This document shows, one piece after another, positions 1 to 8,899 of a stretch of 64,000 nucleotides of DNA. The notes under the pieces are model-generated. The model worked only from the letters and a program-made list of their open reading frames with translations, was not told the DNA's origin and made no database searches. The stretch spans positions 212,141-276,140 of the forward strand of contig JBFMHR010000005.1 of the NCBI GenBank assembly GCA_040751795.1, given 5' to 3'. The stretch comes from Thermoplasmatota archaeon (GTDB lineage Archaea > Thermoplasmatota > Thermoplasmata > UBA10834). Numbering within the stretch: position 1 is the stretch's first letter; each line of letters starts with the position of its first letter. The position numbers were made by a program, and so were the translations under genes.

Positions 1-1003
1 CCGGGTCCTTGCTGGCCGCGTACTCCGCCGCCTTGCGCAGGGCCGCCTTCGACGGCGACCCGAGCGCCTTGAGCGAGGTCGGCAGCCCGACCTGTTCGCA
101 CCAGGCCTTCACCGCGGCGACCTCCTCCCTCCTGCGCCCCTCGTAGACCATCTGGACGATGGTGCAATATGCGACCACCTCGCCGTGCTCGCCGTGCGCC
201 TCCCCGGTCCTCTTGAGTCCGTTGTGCAGCGCGTGGGCCAGGGCGCACCCGGTGTTCTCGAACGCCATGCCGGAGGAGAGCTTCACCGCCTCGATGACGT
301 CGTCCACCTCGCGCGAGTGGACGCCGTTCCTGACGTCCCGGACGGCCTTCAGGCCCTTCTCCATGAGGCTCTTGTAGCACGAGTCGGCGAGGGCTAGCGC
401 GGCCGCCGTCGGGGCCGGCCTGTCCTTCTTCTTGGCGCGTGCCATCGCGAACGCCTCTCCCTCGAACTTGGTCGAGAGGGCGTCCCCCATGCCCCACACC
501 ATCAGCTTCGCCGGAGCCCTGCTCAGGACCTCCGTGTCCTCGATCACCAGCACGGGGTTGCGCGAGAGGGTGAGCCACTCGACGAACCTGTGGTCCTCCG
601 TGTACACCACCGCCTCGGCGCTGGTGTCCGCGTTGGTGGCGCACTGTGTCCCGACCACCACGGACGGGACCTTGAGCTTCCACGCGACGATCTTGGCGGT
701 GTCGACGGCCTTGCCCCCGCCGACGCCGACCACGAAGTGCGGGGAGGCCTTCCTCCCCGCGTCGGTGAGCCGGTTGACGGTCGCCCAGGTGCACTCCTTC
801 ACGCCGGACTCCCACAGGACCACGTCGATGCCGTTCGACTCCAGCGACTTCCTGACCTTGTCGCCTGCGACCGAGAGCGCGGTCGATCCCCCGATCACGA
901 AGGCGCGGTTCCCGTAGGCCAGCGCCTTCTGGCCGAGGTGGTAGATCGCCCCCCTGCCCTGCAGGTAGAGCGACGGGGTGACCATCTTCCTGATTCCGTC
1001 CAT
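1..1003 (-). CDS. gldA: Glycerol dehydrogenase (iron-containing ADH superfamily), 3' end runs off the window
   Basis: Not in the ORF track because it is open-ended. Manual translation from ATG 1003 (GGAGAGG upstream) gives MDGIRKMVTPSLYLQGRGAI...GVGGGKAVDTAKIVA...MGDALSTKFEGEA...FENTGCALAHALHNGL...HGEVVAY, all GldA motifs. Alternative in-frame ATG at 1021. Confidence 0.9.
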   Translation of the reverse strand, partial: MDGIRKMVTPSLYLQGRGAIYHLGQKALAYGNRAFVIGGSTALSVAGDKVRKSLESNGIDVVLWESGVKECTWATVNRLTDAGRKASPHFVVGVGGGKAVDTAKIVAWKLKVPSVVVGTQCATNADTSAEAVVYTEDHRFVEWLTLSRNPVLVIEDTEVLSRAPAKLMVWGMGDALSTKFEGEAFAMARAKKKDRPAPTAAALALADSCYKSLMEKGLKAVRDVRNGVHSREVDDVIEAVKLSSGMAFENTGCALAHALHNGLKRTGEAHGEHGEVVAYCTIVQMVYEGRRREEVAAVKAWCEQVGLPTSLKALGSPSKAALRKAAEYAASKDP

Positions 1004-1093
1004 GCCGTCCTCTCCAGCCATGACTGTCAGAAACGCTCCAGCAGTACAATCACCGCCGAGTATAAGAAAATAAGTCCTTAAGGCGCGGAGGCG

Positions 1094-1849
1094 ATGCCGT
1101 GGCGCGACCGTCTGGAGCGTGCCACGGTGGGAGAAGGCAGGTGCGCCAAGTGCTCTGGCCCCGCCGAGATCAAGCGGAGCACGATGGCCACGTACGACGC
1201 GCAGTGGGGAGGCCACGACGAGGCGGCCGCCTCGGAGCGCAGGAAGAGGCTGGCCCCCGTCGCGGACCCGCTCCTCTCCATGGTCATGCCCCTGGCGGAC
1301 AAGGTCGTCGTCGACCTGGGCATGGGGACCGGGACCCTCGCGTTCAGGGCGATGGAGCTCTCGACGCCCAGGAGGACCGTGGGCGTGGACTTCTCGACCA
1401 CGGGGCTCAGGGTCGCCCGCGCGGTCTCCAGGCACTCACGCTTCAGGGACATGGACGTCGAGATGGTGAAGGGGGACCTCGAGAGGCTGCCCCTCGCGCG
1501 CCGCTCCGCGGACGTGATCGTGAGCCAGGCCACGGTCAACCTCATCCCCGACAAGGCCGCGGTGTTCTCCGAGATCGCGAGGGTGGCGAAGTCGGGGGCG
1601 AAGGTCGCCATATCCGACGCGTTCAGGACGTCCAGGGGGTCGCAGGACGGCTCCTGGGAGCAGTGCATCGGCGGCGCCATAACGGTGACGGAGTTCTCCA
1701 CGATGGCGCTGAACTCAGGCCTGATCATCCTCGGCCAGACGGACCTCACGCAGGTCGTGAGGCAGCTGGTGTCGTCCAAGAGGTGGGAGTGGCCCGAGTT
1801 CCTGGAGCACAACATGGACTACAGGGCGTTCATGATGATGAGGAGCTGA
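1094..1849 (+). CDS. Class I SAM-dependent methyltransferase (UbiE/ArsM-like fold)
   Basis: Motif I VVVDLGMGTG, GVDFS, KGDLERLPL, ADVIVS, EIARVAKSGAKVAISD and WEQCIGGA. Confidence 0.85.
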   Translation: MPWRDRLERATVGEGRCAKCSGPAEIKRSTMATYDAQWGGHDEAAASERRKRLAPVADPLLSMVMPLADKVVVDLGMGTGTLAFRAMELSTPRRTVGVDFSTTGLRVARAVSRHSRFRDMDVEMVKGDLERLPLARRSADVIVSQATVNLIPDKAAVFSEIARVAKSGAKVAISDAFRTSRGSQDGSWEQCIGGAITVTEFSTMALNSGLIILGQTDLTQVVRQLVSSKRWEWPEFLEHNMDYRAFMMMRS

Positions 1850-2000
1850 GCCAGGACGCCGGGAGAAAGATGCGGGGCCGGGAGCTTCGCGGGCCTCGCC
1901 TTCTGAGGAGAGACTGGGTGGATAGGACAAACGGCTGGCCCGTCCCGCTTCACGGCCCCTGTGTTACAGAGGTGTTTCCGGCCTGAATGGGGGATGCCCT

Positions 2001-2117
2001 TCAGACTGCGTTGTGCTGCTGATGGATCACGTTGCCGCACCTCGGGCACCTGTCCGCGTCCTTCGGCAGTGTGAGCCCGCAGAGGCTGCAGCGCTTCTCA
2101 TGTTCCCCTGACCCCAT
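2001..2117 (-). CDS. 38-aa C(P)xCG zinc-finger microprotein
   Basis: Manual translation MGSGEHEKRCSLCGLTLPKDADRCPRCGNVIHQQHNAV*; CxxCG-x9-CPxCG spacing; below the ORF-track size cutoff. Confidence 0.75.
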   Translation of the reverse strand: MGSGEHEKRCSLCGLTLPKDADRCPRCGNVIHQQHNAV

Positions 2118-2132
2118 CCTAACCGACTCGGT

Positions 2133-2152
2133 TGTACTACTGTAATAGTACA
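2133..2152. promoter_or_regulatory. Perfect inverted repeat TGTACTA-N6-TAGTACA, candidate operator
   Basis: AT-rich palindrome in a GC-rich background, 15 nt upstream of the microprotein start and between divergent genes. Confidence 0.5.
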
Positions 2153-2257
2153 GAGGTACTTCAAATTGCCGTCCGTCAAGCCGGCCATTTGCCGAAATGA
2201 AACGGATGCCTCCCCCGCGGCCCTCCCCGATAACACGCTTATAAGCCGCAAACCGAT

Positions 2258-2488
2258 TTGGGCCCGGGGATTCAAACGGCGAAGGATGAGAGGGTCACGA
2301 TGAAGGTGGACAGGGCCCTGTGGCAGAGCGTCCAGGGCCTCATCGACGAGCACCCGGAGTGGGGTATAATGTCCGTCCCGGAGTTCGTGAGGCGGGCGAT
2401 AGACTCCGAGGTCAGGGCCCGCAGGGAGGCGGAGTCCAGCCGCGTGATCAAGCTCCAGATCTCCCCCCAGCGCAGGAAGCCGTCCTGA
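2258..2488 (+). CDS. Small ribbon-helix-helix (CopG-like) DNA-binding protein
   Basis: Strand-helix-helix pattern RVTMKVDRALWQSVQGLIDEHPEWGIMSVPEFVRRAI; CTTATAAG TATA-like box at about 2238-2245; start uncertain. Confidence 0.65.
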   Translation: MGPGIQTAKDERVTMKVDRALWQSVQGLIDEHPEWGIMSVPEFVRRAIDSEVRARREAESSRVIKLQISPQRRKPS

Positions 2489-2516
2489 TCCCCCAGTGGT
2501 TGTCGCGCGCCCCGCA

Positions 2517-3953
2517 TCAGCCCTTCTTCGATGTGGCCAGCGAAACCCCGACGAGGGCCGCCGTCGCGACGATCATCACCGGGACCACGGGCAGGAAGCC
2601 CCACGAGTACGAGGCCGGCACCGCCCCGAAGTAGAAGCCCGCGTAGAGCAGCTCCCCCGCCGCGATGGACGCCATGCACCCCCACTTGTTCGCCCTCCTC
2701 CAGTACAGCGCCGCCACGGTCGTCGGGAAGAGCACCGCCAGCCCCGTGAAGGTCGTCTTGGTGAGCGTCTCGAAGAGCGTCTCGACGGAGCTGAGGGCGA
2801 TGGCGAGGCTCAGCAGGGCGAGCCCGACCACCAGGGCCTTGCCCACTATGAACTCGTGCCTCTGGCTCGCGTCGGCCCTCACCCACTTCTTGTAGACGTC
2901 CCTCGTGAGCATCGAACTCAGCACCAGGAGCTGCGAGTCGGCCGTCGACATGAGCGCGGCGAAGGCACCGGCGAGCATGATCCCCAGGACCCACGATGGC
3001 GCGAACTCGTCGACCATCATGGGCAGTATCTGGTCCGGCTCGGAACCGGTGAGGCCGGGGAACTGCAGGTTGCCCCACGCGCCTATCAGCACGGGGCACA
3101 GGAACACTACGGCGGTTATCGGCGCGTACATCATCATGGATACCTTGATGGCCTTCTCGTCCCTCGCGCTGTAGAACCTGACGAAGAGCTGCGGGAACAT
3201 CGGGTCGCAGAAGATCCAGAGGAGCATGAAGCTGAGCCAGACCTGGGGCGTGAAGTAGTCCCTCCCTCCGGGCCTGGACACCAGGTCCGGGAACTCCTCC
3301 GCGAGCCGCGTGTTCGCATCGGTGAACCCGCCGAGGCCGGCGGAGACTATCCCGACGGCCGCGATGAGGGTCACGAACATCATGGCCCCCTGGAGGACGT
3401 CGGTGTACGCGTCCGCCCTCATCCCGCCGATGGTCACGTACGCGACGACGACGATGGTCACCAGCACCGCCCCGAGCTCGTAGGAGACCTCCCCGTCCGT
3501 CAGCGTCTCGAACGCTATCCCGCCCCCGATCGCCTGCGTGGCGATGTACGGGAGGGTGAAGACGACCATGACACCGAGGAAGACCATCCTGAGGGAGTCG
3601 GAGCTGAACCTGTCGCCTATGAGCTCTGCCGGGGTGATGTACCCCTTCTCCCTCCCCAGCCTCCATATCCTCCTGCCGAGGAAGAAGAAGGAGAGGGCCA
3701 TGATCCCCGTCCCGAAGCCCATGATGCCGTAGTACGCCAGGCCGAACTTGTACGCCGCCCCGGCGAACCCGAAGAACGTGAAGGCGCTGAAGTTGGTCGC
3801 AGCCAGCGTGAAGAACAGGACGACCGGGCCGATGCTCCTCGACGCCACGAAGTAGTCGTCCGAGGTCTTGGCCGACCTCCTGTAGGCGTAGAAGGCGATG
3901 AGGATCATGATGGCGAGGTAGGCCGCGAAGAACGAGATCGCCACGACGTCCAT
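2517..3953 (-). CDS. Sodium:solute symporter (SSS, PutP/PanF-like)
   Basis: DDYFVASRSIGP, ATNFSAFTFFGFAGAAY, GGMRADAYTDVLQG, AALMSTADSQLL; about 13 TM helices; start trimmed to MDVVAI at 3953. Confidence 0.93.
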   Translation of the reverse strand: MDVVAISFFAAYLAIMILIAFYAYRRSAKTSDDYFVASRSIGPVVLFFTLAATNFSAFTFFGFAGAAYKFGLAYYGIMGFGTGIMALSFFFLGRRIWRLGREKGYITPAELIGDRFSSDSLRMVFLGVMVVFTLPYIATQAIGGGIAFETLTDGEVSYELGAVLVTIVVVAYVTIGGMRADAYTDVLQGAMMFVTLIAAVGIVSAGLGGFTDANTRLAEEFPDLVSRPGGRDYFTPQVWLSFMLLWIFCDPMFPQLFVRFYSARDEKAIKVSMMMYAPITAVVFLCPVLIGAWGNLQFPGLTGSEPDQILPMMVDEFAPSWVLGIMLAGAFAALMSTADSQLLVLSSMLTRDVYKKWVRADASQRHEFIVGKALVVGLALLSLAIALSSVETLFETLTKTTFTGLAVLFPTTVAALYWRRANKWGCMASIAAGELLYAGFYFGAVPASYSWGFLPVVPVMIVATAALVGVSLATSKKG

Positions 3954-4171
3954 CACGCACCACCCCCGTCGTCGGTCCAGTAGTACCTGGCGAAGAGGAA
4001 GTAGAGGGCGAACAGGCCGGCCTCGAGGACCGCGATGTACGTGACGATGTAGGGCAGCCCGAGGACGGTCGGCCAGGACCAGTCCCATGCCCATATGTCG
4101 ATCGATAGCACGAACAGCAGCGAGAACGCCGCCGCCCAGAACCACTTGCTGCGCAGCACTTGAGCCATCAT
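3953..4171 (-). CDS. Small two-TM membrane protein (DUF3311/DUF997-like partner of SSS symporters)
   Basis: 72 aa MMAQVLRSKWFW...PTVLGLPY...YYWTDD; its TGA overlaps the symporter ATG. Confidence 0.8.
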   Translation of the reverse strand: MMAQVLRSKWFWAAAFSLLFVLSIDIWAWDWSWPTVLGLPYIVTYIAVLEAGLFALYFLFARYYWTDDGGGA

Positions 4172-4502
4172 CCCTGCCTCCCGTCGTCGAGCGTTTCCTG
4201 GATTGGGAGGCTGGAAACGGAGAAACAATGCCTCGGCGGGGTGAATGGGCGCGGCCGATATGAACCTTTGCGGGCGCGGCGCGGGCCCGCACGCGCGGAC
4301 GGGAACATCTGCGCCGAGGTCCGGGGAGGGCCATTTCGGTATGTCACATTTTATCTCCAACACACATGGTACCATCGGACGGCCATGCACTTTATCGCGT
4401 GAATCGTGGACGACGCCGGACGTCTGCGCCTCCCGGGTCCGACCAGCCGGCGTGCAAGGATGCAAATACGATGCGGCGGATAGTGTTGTACGGGAGGAGA
4501 GG

Positions 4503-5654
4503 ATGGCGAGGGCGGAGGATGTCAAGGTCAGGTCCGTGATGAGCACCTCGCCGGTGACCGTGGAGGCGGACGACACGGTCTCCGACGCGATCGCCAGGAT
4601 CAGGAGGCACAGGGTCAAGGAGCTCCCGGTCCTCTCGAAGGGCGTCCCGGTCGGGCTGGTCAGCTATTCATCCTTCATAGAGCGCAGGAGCGTCCCGCTG
4701 AACGCGAAGGTCTCGTCCATCATGCTCCCGGTGTCCAGGCTGAGGGAGGAGGACAGCGTCCTCGACGCCGCGGAGCTGCTGGTGTCTTCTGGCATAAGGG
4801 GCGCGCCCGTGATGAGGGGGAACAGGCTCGTCGGGTTCGTTTCCCGCTCCGACATAATACGCATCATGCCCAGCATGCCGGAGATGAGGGCCGTCAAGGC
4901 CGGCGACCTCATGACAGCCGAGCCGCTGTCCGTCACCCCCGACGAGTTCGTCGGGAGGGCCCAGGTCCTCATGGAGGGGCTGGACGAGAAGGCGCTGCCG
5001 GTCGTGGGAGACGGGGACAGGCTAGTGGGGGTCATAGGCATGACGGAGGTGATGGACGCGGTATGGTCGCCGAAGGGCGACATGCCGCAGAGGAGCCCCA
5101 GGCCCCCGAGGAAGGTCTTCGACTCGAGGACCAGGGCGCAGATCAGGGTCGGCAGCGTGATGACCAGGGGGGCGGTGAGGGTCTCGCCGGCCGACTCGCT
5201 CGGGAGGGTCGTGGACCTCATGCTCGACAGGGGCCTCTCCACGCTCTTCGTCACGGAGGAGGAGAGGCTCGTCGGGGTCGTCGACCAGGCGGACCTAATG
5301 GAGCAGCTCCTCAGCCTGAGGCCGAGGGACCAGGTGTTCGTCCAGGTCTCGGGCCTCACGGCCCACGACCCGGACGTGCTGGACGGGCTCTACTCGATGA
5401 TAGGCAAGGGGATGAAGAGGCTCGCCAAGATGGAGCGCCCCAGGGTCTTCTACCTGCACGTGGCGACCTACGACCACGAGGGGCTCGCGAGCAAGTTCAG
5501 CCTCAGGGCCAGGCTCAACACCGACGGGGGGATGTACTACGTCCGCGGCGCCGGCTGGAACCTCTTCAGGACCGCCTCAGGCCTCCTGGAGACGCTCGAG
5601 GCGAAGGTGAGGAGGCAGAAGGAGAAGGAGCAGGACAGGAGGCGGAGGCGGTGA
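4503..5654 (+). CDS. Four CBS domains plus a C-terminal HPF/RaiA-like domain; putative archaeal ribosome hibernation factor
   Basis: Four CBS repeats (VMSTSPVTV..LPV..VGLVS; APV..LVGFVSRSDI; LMTAEPLSV; VMTRGAVRV..LVGVVDQADL), then a beta-alpha-beta-beta-beta-alpha segment ending GWNLFRTASGLLETLEAKVRRQKEK; GGAGAGG RBS. Confidence 0.8.
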   Translation: MARAEDVKVRSVMSTSPVTVEADDTVSDAIARIRRHRVKELPVLSKGVPVGLVSYSSFIERRSVPLNAKVSSIMLPVSRLREEDSVLDAAELLVSSGIRGAPVMRGNRLVGFVSRSDIIRIMPSMPEMRAVKAGDLMTAEPLSVTPDEFVGRAQVLMEGLDEKALPVVGDGDRLVGVIGMTEVMDAVWSPKGDMPQRSPRPPRKVFDSRTRAQIRVGSVMTRGAVRVSPADSLGRVVDLMLDRGLSTLFVTEEERLVGVVDQADLMEQLLSLRPRDQVFVQVSGLTAHDPDVLDGLYSMIGKGMKRLAKMERPRVFYLHVATYDHEGLASKFSLRARLNTDGGMYYVRGAGWNLFRTASGLLETLEAKVRRQKEKEQDRRRRR

Positions 5655-5749
5655 CGGCCCCGAACCCTCCGGTGAAAAAGATATCAACCCCGTGGCCCGT
5701 TCCAGAGCCGCTCAAGGACGCGGAGAGGCTCGACAGGAGGATTGGAGAC

Positions 5750-6142
5750 ATGCCGATATCTGAACACGTCGGGAAGGCAGACTGGAAGACCGAGAAGCAC
5801 GTGCCTGTCATCGAGTGCCCGGACAAGGTCGCGGCCGACCAGGTCTTCGACATAACCGTGACGGTCGGGAAGGAGATCGCGCACCCGAACACGACCGCCC
5901 ACCACATCAGGTGGATATCGCTCTACTTCCACCCCGAGGGGGAGAAGTTCAGCTACCAGGTCGCCAGGGTGGAGTTCTCGGCCCACGGCGAGGGCGCCCA
6001 GGGCGCGGACACGAGCACCGTCTACACCCACCACAGGGCGACGGTGTCGATGAAGACCAAGAAGGCCGGGACCCTGCACGCGGTGTCGCTGTGCAACATA
6101 CACGGCCTCTGGGAGAGCGAGAGGAAGCTCGCGGTCGGGTGA
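5750..6142 (+). CDS. Superoxide reductase (neelaredoxin-type, class II SORL)
   Basis: EKHVP, HPNTTAHHIRWI and CNIHGLWE iron-ligand motifs; start at MPISEH. Confidence 0.93.
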   Translation: MPISEHVGKADWKTEKHVPVIECPDKVAADQVFDITVTVGKEIAHPNTTAHHIRWISLYFHPEGEKFSYQVARVEFSAHGEGAQGADTSTVYTHHRATVSMKTKKAGTLHAVSLCNIHGLWESERKLAVG

Positions 6143-6621
6143 CTTCCCAGGTGCGGTGCGTAGGCTCGGCCAGAATCGATGGCCGGCCTCTGGTCGTGAT
6201 GCGAACAGGGCGTCCCATGCGCTACATCCGCGAGATAGTTGCTTAAGGATGGGGTGCCTAGGTCTGTGCGAGACGGCGGAGCGGGCGATGACCCCTCTAG
6301 GAGGACTCCGAGACCGCTCCCGATGTCTCCATTTTTCCGTCTTTCATCAGAGCCTGTGCAGACTATGTGCCACGAGCAGCCTGAATGCCGACTCGCGCCT
6401 CCCCGTGGTCATGTGATCCCTGAGAGTGCCCGCAACGAGATCCGCCATCTGAAGGCCTGGAGTCCGCCAGCTGTCGCATTGCTCCGCTTGGCAGGTGCCG
6501 GACCCTGCGAATAGCCTCTCCAGGTCCCTGCCGAAGTGCGCTCCCGCTCCGGGTCTCCAGTCGGCCCCATGTCCCCCGATAATCCATCACTTAATGTACA
6601 GGCCTCGTCGATTACGATGTC

Positions 6622-7806
6622 ATGGGGCTCTCGCCTCTGCCGGAGGAGGTGGAGCACGACCTCAGGGCGTGCCTGCAGTGCGGCTACTGCAACTTCGTGT
6701 GCCCGATCCAGCTCAACCCCGACCGGGGCTTCGAGTCCTACCGCGTCAGGGGCAAGATGTACCACCTGAAGAAGTACGTCCGCCCCGGCTTCATGCAGAG
6801 GCTGCTGGGCAACGCGCCAGAGATCTCCCCAGAGTTCGTCGAGCGGGTCTACAACTGCACCGCCTGCGGCTACTGCCAGGTCGCGTGCCACGTCGAGATC
6901 AGGTTCAACGACAGGTGGGAGCAGGTCAAGGAGTGGTTCGTGAGGAACGGGGTCGGACCCCTTGACAGGCACAGGGCGCTGAGGACCAGGGTCATCGCGA
7001 AGCACAACCCATACGACGAGCCCCACGAGGCCAGGGACGCGTGGGTCCAGAAGGACGCGAAGCGGTCCAAGGACCCGGAGGTCCTGTACTTCACCGGCTG
7101 CACCGCGAGCTACAGGCAGCAGAGGATCGCCCAGGACGCGCTCAGGGTCCTCGAGGCCGCGGGGGTGGAGTACGACGTCCTCGGGAGGGACGAGTGGTGC
7201 TGCGGCTCCCCGCTCATCAGGACCGGCCAGACCGACATCGTCACCGACGAGAAGGACGGGCTCGTCAAGCACAACCTCAGGGAGTTCGAGAGGCGCGGCG
7301 CGAGGAAGGTGGTCACCGCCTGCGCCGGATGCTTCATGACCCTGAGCCACAACTACCCGATGTACGCGGGCAAGCTGGACTTCGAGCTCCTGCACATGAC
7401 GCAGTTCATGGACAAGCTAATCAAGGACGGGAGGCTGGAGCTGAGGAGGCCGCTCCCCAAGAAGGCGGCGTACCACGACCCCTGCCACATAGGTCGGCAC
7501 TTCGGGATCTTCGAGGAGCCCAGGAGGATACTGAACGCCTTCCCCGGGTCGCACTACATCGAGCTCCCGCACAACAGGCTCGACTCGCAGTGCTGCGGCG
7601 CAGGAGGGGGATACAAGATCCAGTTCAACGACCGCGCGGAGCACATCGCCTCGCTCAGGGTCGAGGAGGCCAGGGGCGCCGGCGCGGAGATGCTGGTGTC
7701 GGCCTGCCCGTTCTGCGTCACCAACCTGACCGGCGGGGCGAAGAGGGCGGGGATCGACATGCCCGTGGCCGAGCTGGTGTCCCTTGTGGCGGAGAGCGCC
7801 AGGTGA
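6622..7806 (+). CDS. Fe-S oxidoreductase of the HdrD/GlpC/GlcF family (2x[4Fe-4S] plus two CCG domains)
   Basis: CLQCGYCNFVCP, CTACGYCQVAC, FTGC, WCCG, TACAGC, YHDPCH, QCCGAGGG, SACPFC. Confidence 0.92.
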   Translation: MGLSPLPEEVEHDLRACLQCGYCNFVCPIQLNPDRGFESYRVRGKMYHLKKYVRPGFMQRLLGNAPEISPEFVERVYNCTACGYCQVACHVEIRFNDRWEQVKEWFVRNGVGPLDRHRALRTRVIAKHNPYDEPHEARDAWVQKDAKRSKDPEVLYFTGCTASYRQQRIAQDALRVLEAAGVEYDVLGRDEWCCGSPLIRTGQTDIVTDEKDGLVKHNLREFERRGARKVVTACAGCFMTLSHNYPMYAGKLDFELLHMTQFMDKLIKDGRLELRRPLPKKAAYHDPCHIGRHFGIFEEPRRILNAFPGSHYIELPHNRLDSQCCGAGGGYKIQFNDRAEHIASLRVEEARGAGAEMLVSACPFCVTNLTGGAKRAGIDMPVAELVSLVAESAR

Positions 7807-7855
7807 GCCCTGGAAGCCTTTTAATCATGGGTAGGCAATCATCGCACCGTTCCAG

Positions 7856-8899
7856 ATGCGCGCCCTGCCGCTGTTCAGGTTCAACAGGCGTGCGCGGTCC
7901 ACGAGCTGGGGGATCGCCCTCTGCACCATGTTCATAGTGGCCAGCTTCTCCATCGCCGCGGGCCTGAGGACATCGATGGACGCCCTCTCGGACAACTTCT
8001 CCACGGAGTACTCGGTCGTGTCGTACCCCGGGGCCTCGGGGATGGACCCGTTCGATGCATCGACGCTCGGGGCGGCCGAAGCGAGGAGCGCGCTCTGCGT
8101 CGTGGCCGTCGTGTGGGCCGGCGAGGTGGACCAGGTCGTCTTCAGCGTCTCCGACCCCGGCTCCGTCCTCCCGGAGGCTCTCGCGACGTCGGGGACGGAG
8201 GTGAAGGCCGGCTCCGAGGCGGCCATCGAAGGGACCGCGACCCTGGTCGGGGCGACGAGCCAGGTGGTCACGGTCGTGTCGGGCTTCTCGTCGACCATGT
8301 TCTCCCCGTCGTGGGTGCTGGGCAGCGAGGAGCTCCTGATGGCCCTGACGGGCTTCCCGGCGGGCTCCTGCAACCTCGCCGTCTCGAAGGACCTGTCACA
8401 GGAGGAGATGGCGTCGCTCGAGTCCGCGGGGTTCGTGGTCCAGCCGACCGTCTCGATCATCGAGTTCCTCGACTCCGGCGTGGACGATCTGCAGTCCGAC
8501 GCGTACTGGGTCCTGGTGCCGTCGGCCTTCGTCATCGCCGTGCTGGTGTACAGCTTCATAGGCTCGGAGGTCGTCGACAAGAGGCACGACATAGGCATCA
8601 TCAAGACCCTCGGGGCGGGGCGCGGCCGTGTCCTGGCCTACCTCCTGGGCGAGTCCCTCCTGATATGCGCGTACGGCGCCGTCCTCGGCGTGGCGCTCGG
8701 GATCGTGATGTCCTACGCCGTATCGACCGCAGCCTCCCACGTCTTCACCTCCGTGTTCTCGGTGGAGGTCGACGAGACGCTCCTCCTCGTGTCGTACCTG
8801 GTGGCCGTCGCGGCCGGTATGGCCGGCTCGCTGCTGCCAGCCGCCAGGATGACCATGACCTCGCCCTCGGAGGACCTCAGGGAGGGGTCGCCATTCTGA
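7856..8899 (+). CDS. FtsX-like (type VII ABC) permease
   Basis: N-terminal TM, extracellular domain, KRHDIGIIKTLGAGRGRVLAYLLGESL, LPAARMTMTSPSEDLRE; TTTTAAT box about 30 nt upstream suggests a leaderless transcript. Confidence 0.85.
   Translation: MRALPLFRFNRRARSTSWGIALCTMFIVASFSIAAGLRTSMDALSDNFSTEYSVVSYPGASGMDPFDASTLGAAEARSALCVVAVVWAGEVDQVVFSVSDPGSVLPEALATSGTEVKAGSEAAIEGTATLVGATSQVVTVVSGFSSTMFSPSWVLGSEELLMALTGFPAGSCNLAVSKDLSQEEMASLESAGFVVQPTVSIIEFLDSGVDDLQSDAYWVLVPSAFVIAVLVYSFIGSEVVDKRHDIGIIKTLGAGRGRVLAYLLGESLLICAYGAVLGVALGIVMSYAVSTAASHVFTSVFSVEVDETLLLVSYLVAVAAGMAGSLLPAARMTMTSPSEDLREGSPF

Noticed and set aside
1831-1850. C/D-box-like ATGATGA..CTGA
   Set aside because: It is the coding end MMMRS* and the boxes are too close together for a guide RNA
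4172-4400. TPP or other known riboswitch upstream of the symporter
   Set aside because: No recognisable conserved riboswitch core; only a short GTTTCC/GGAAAC stem
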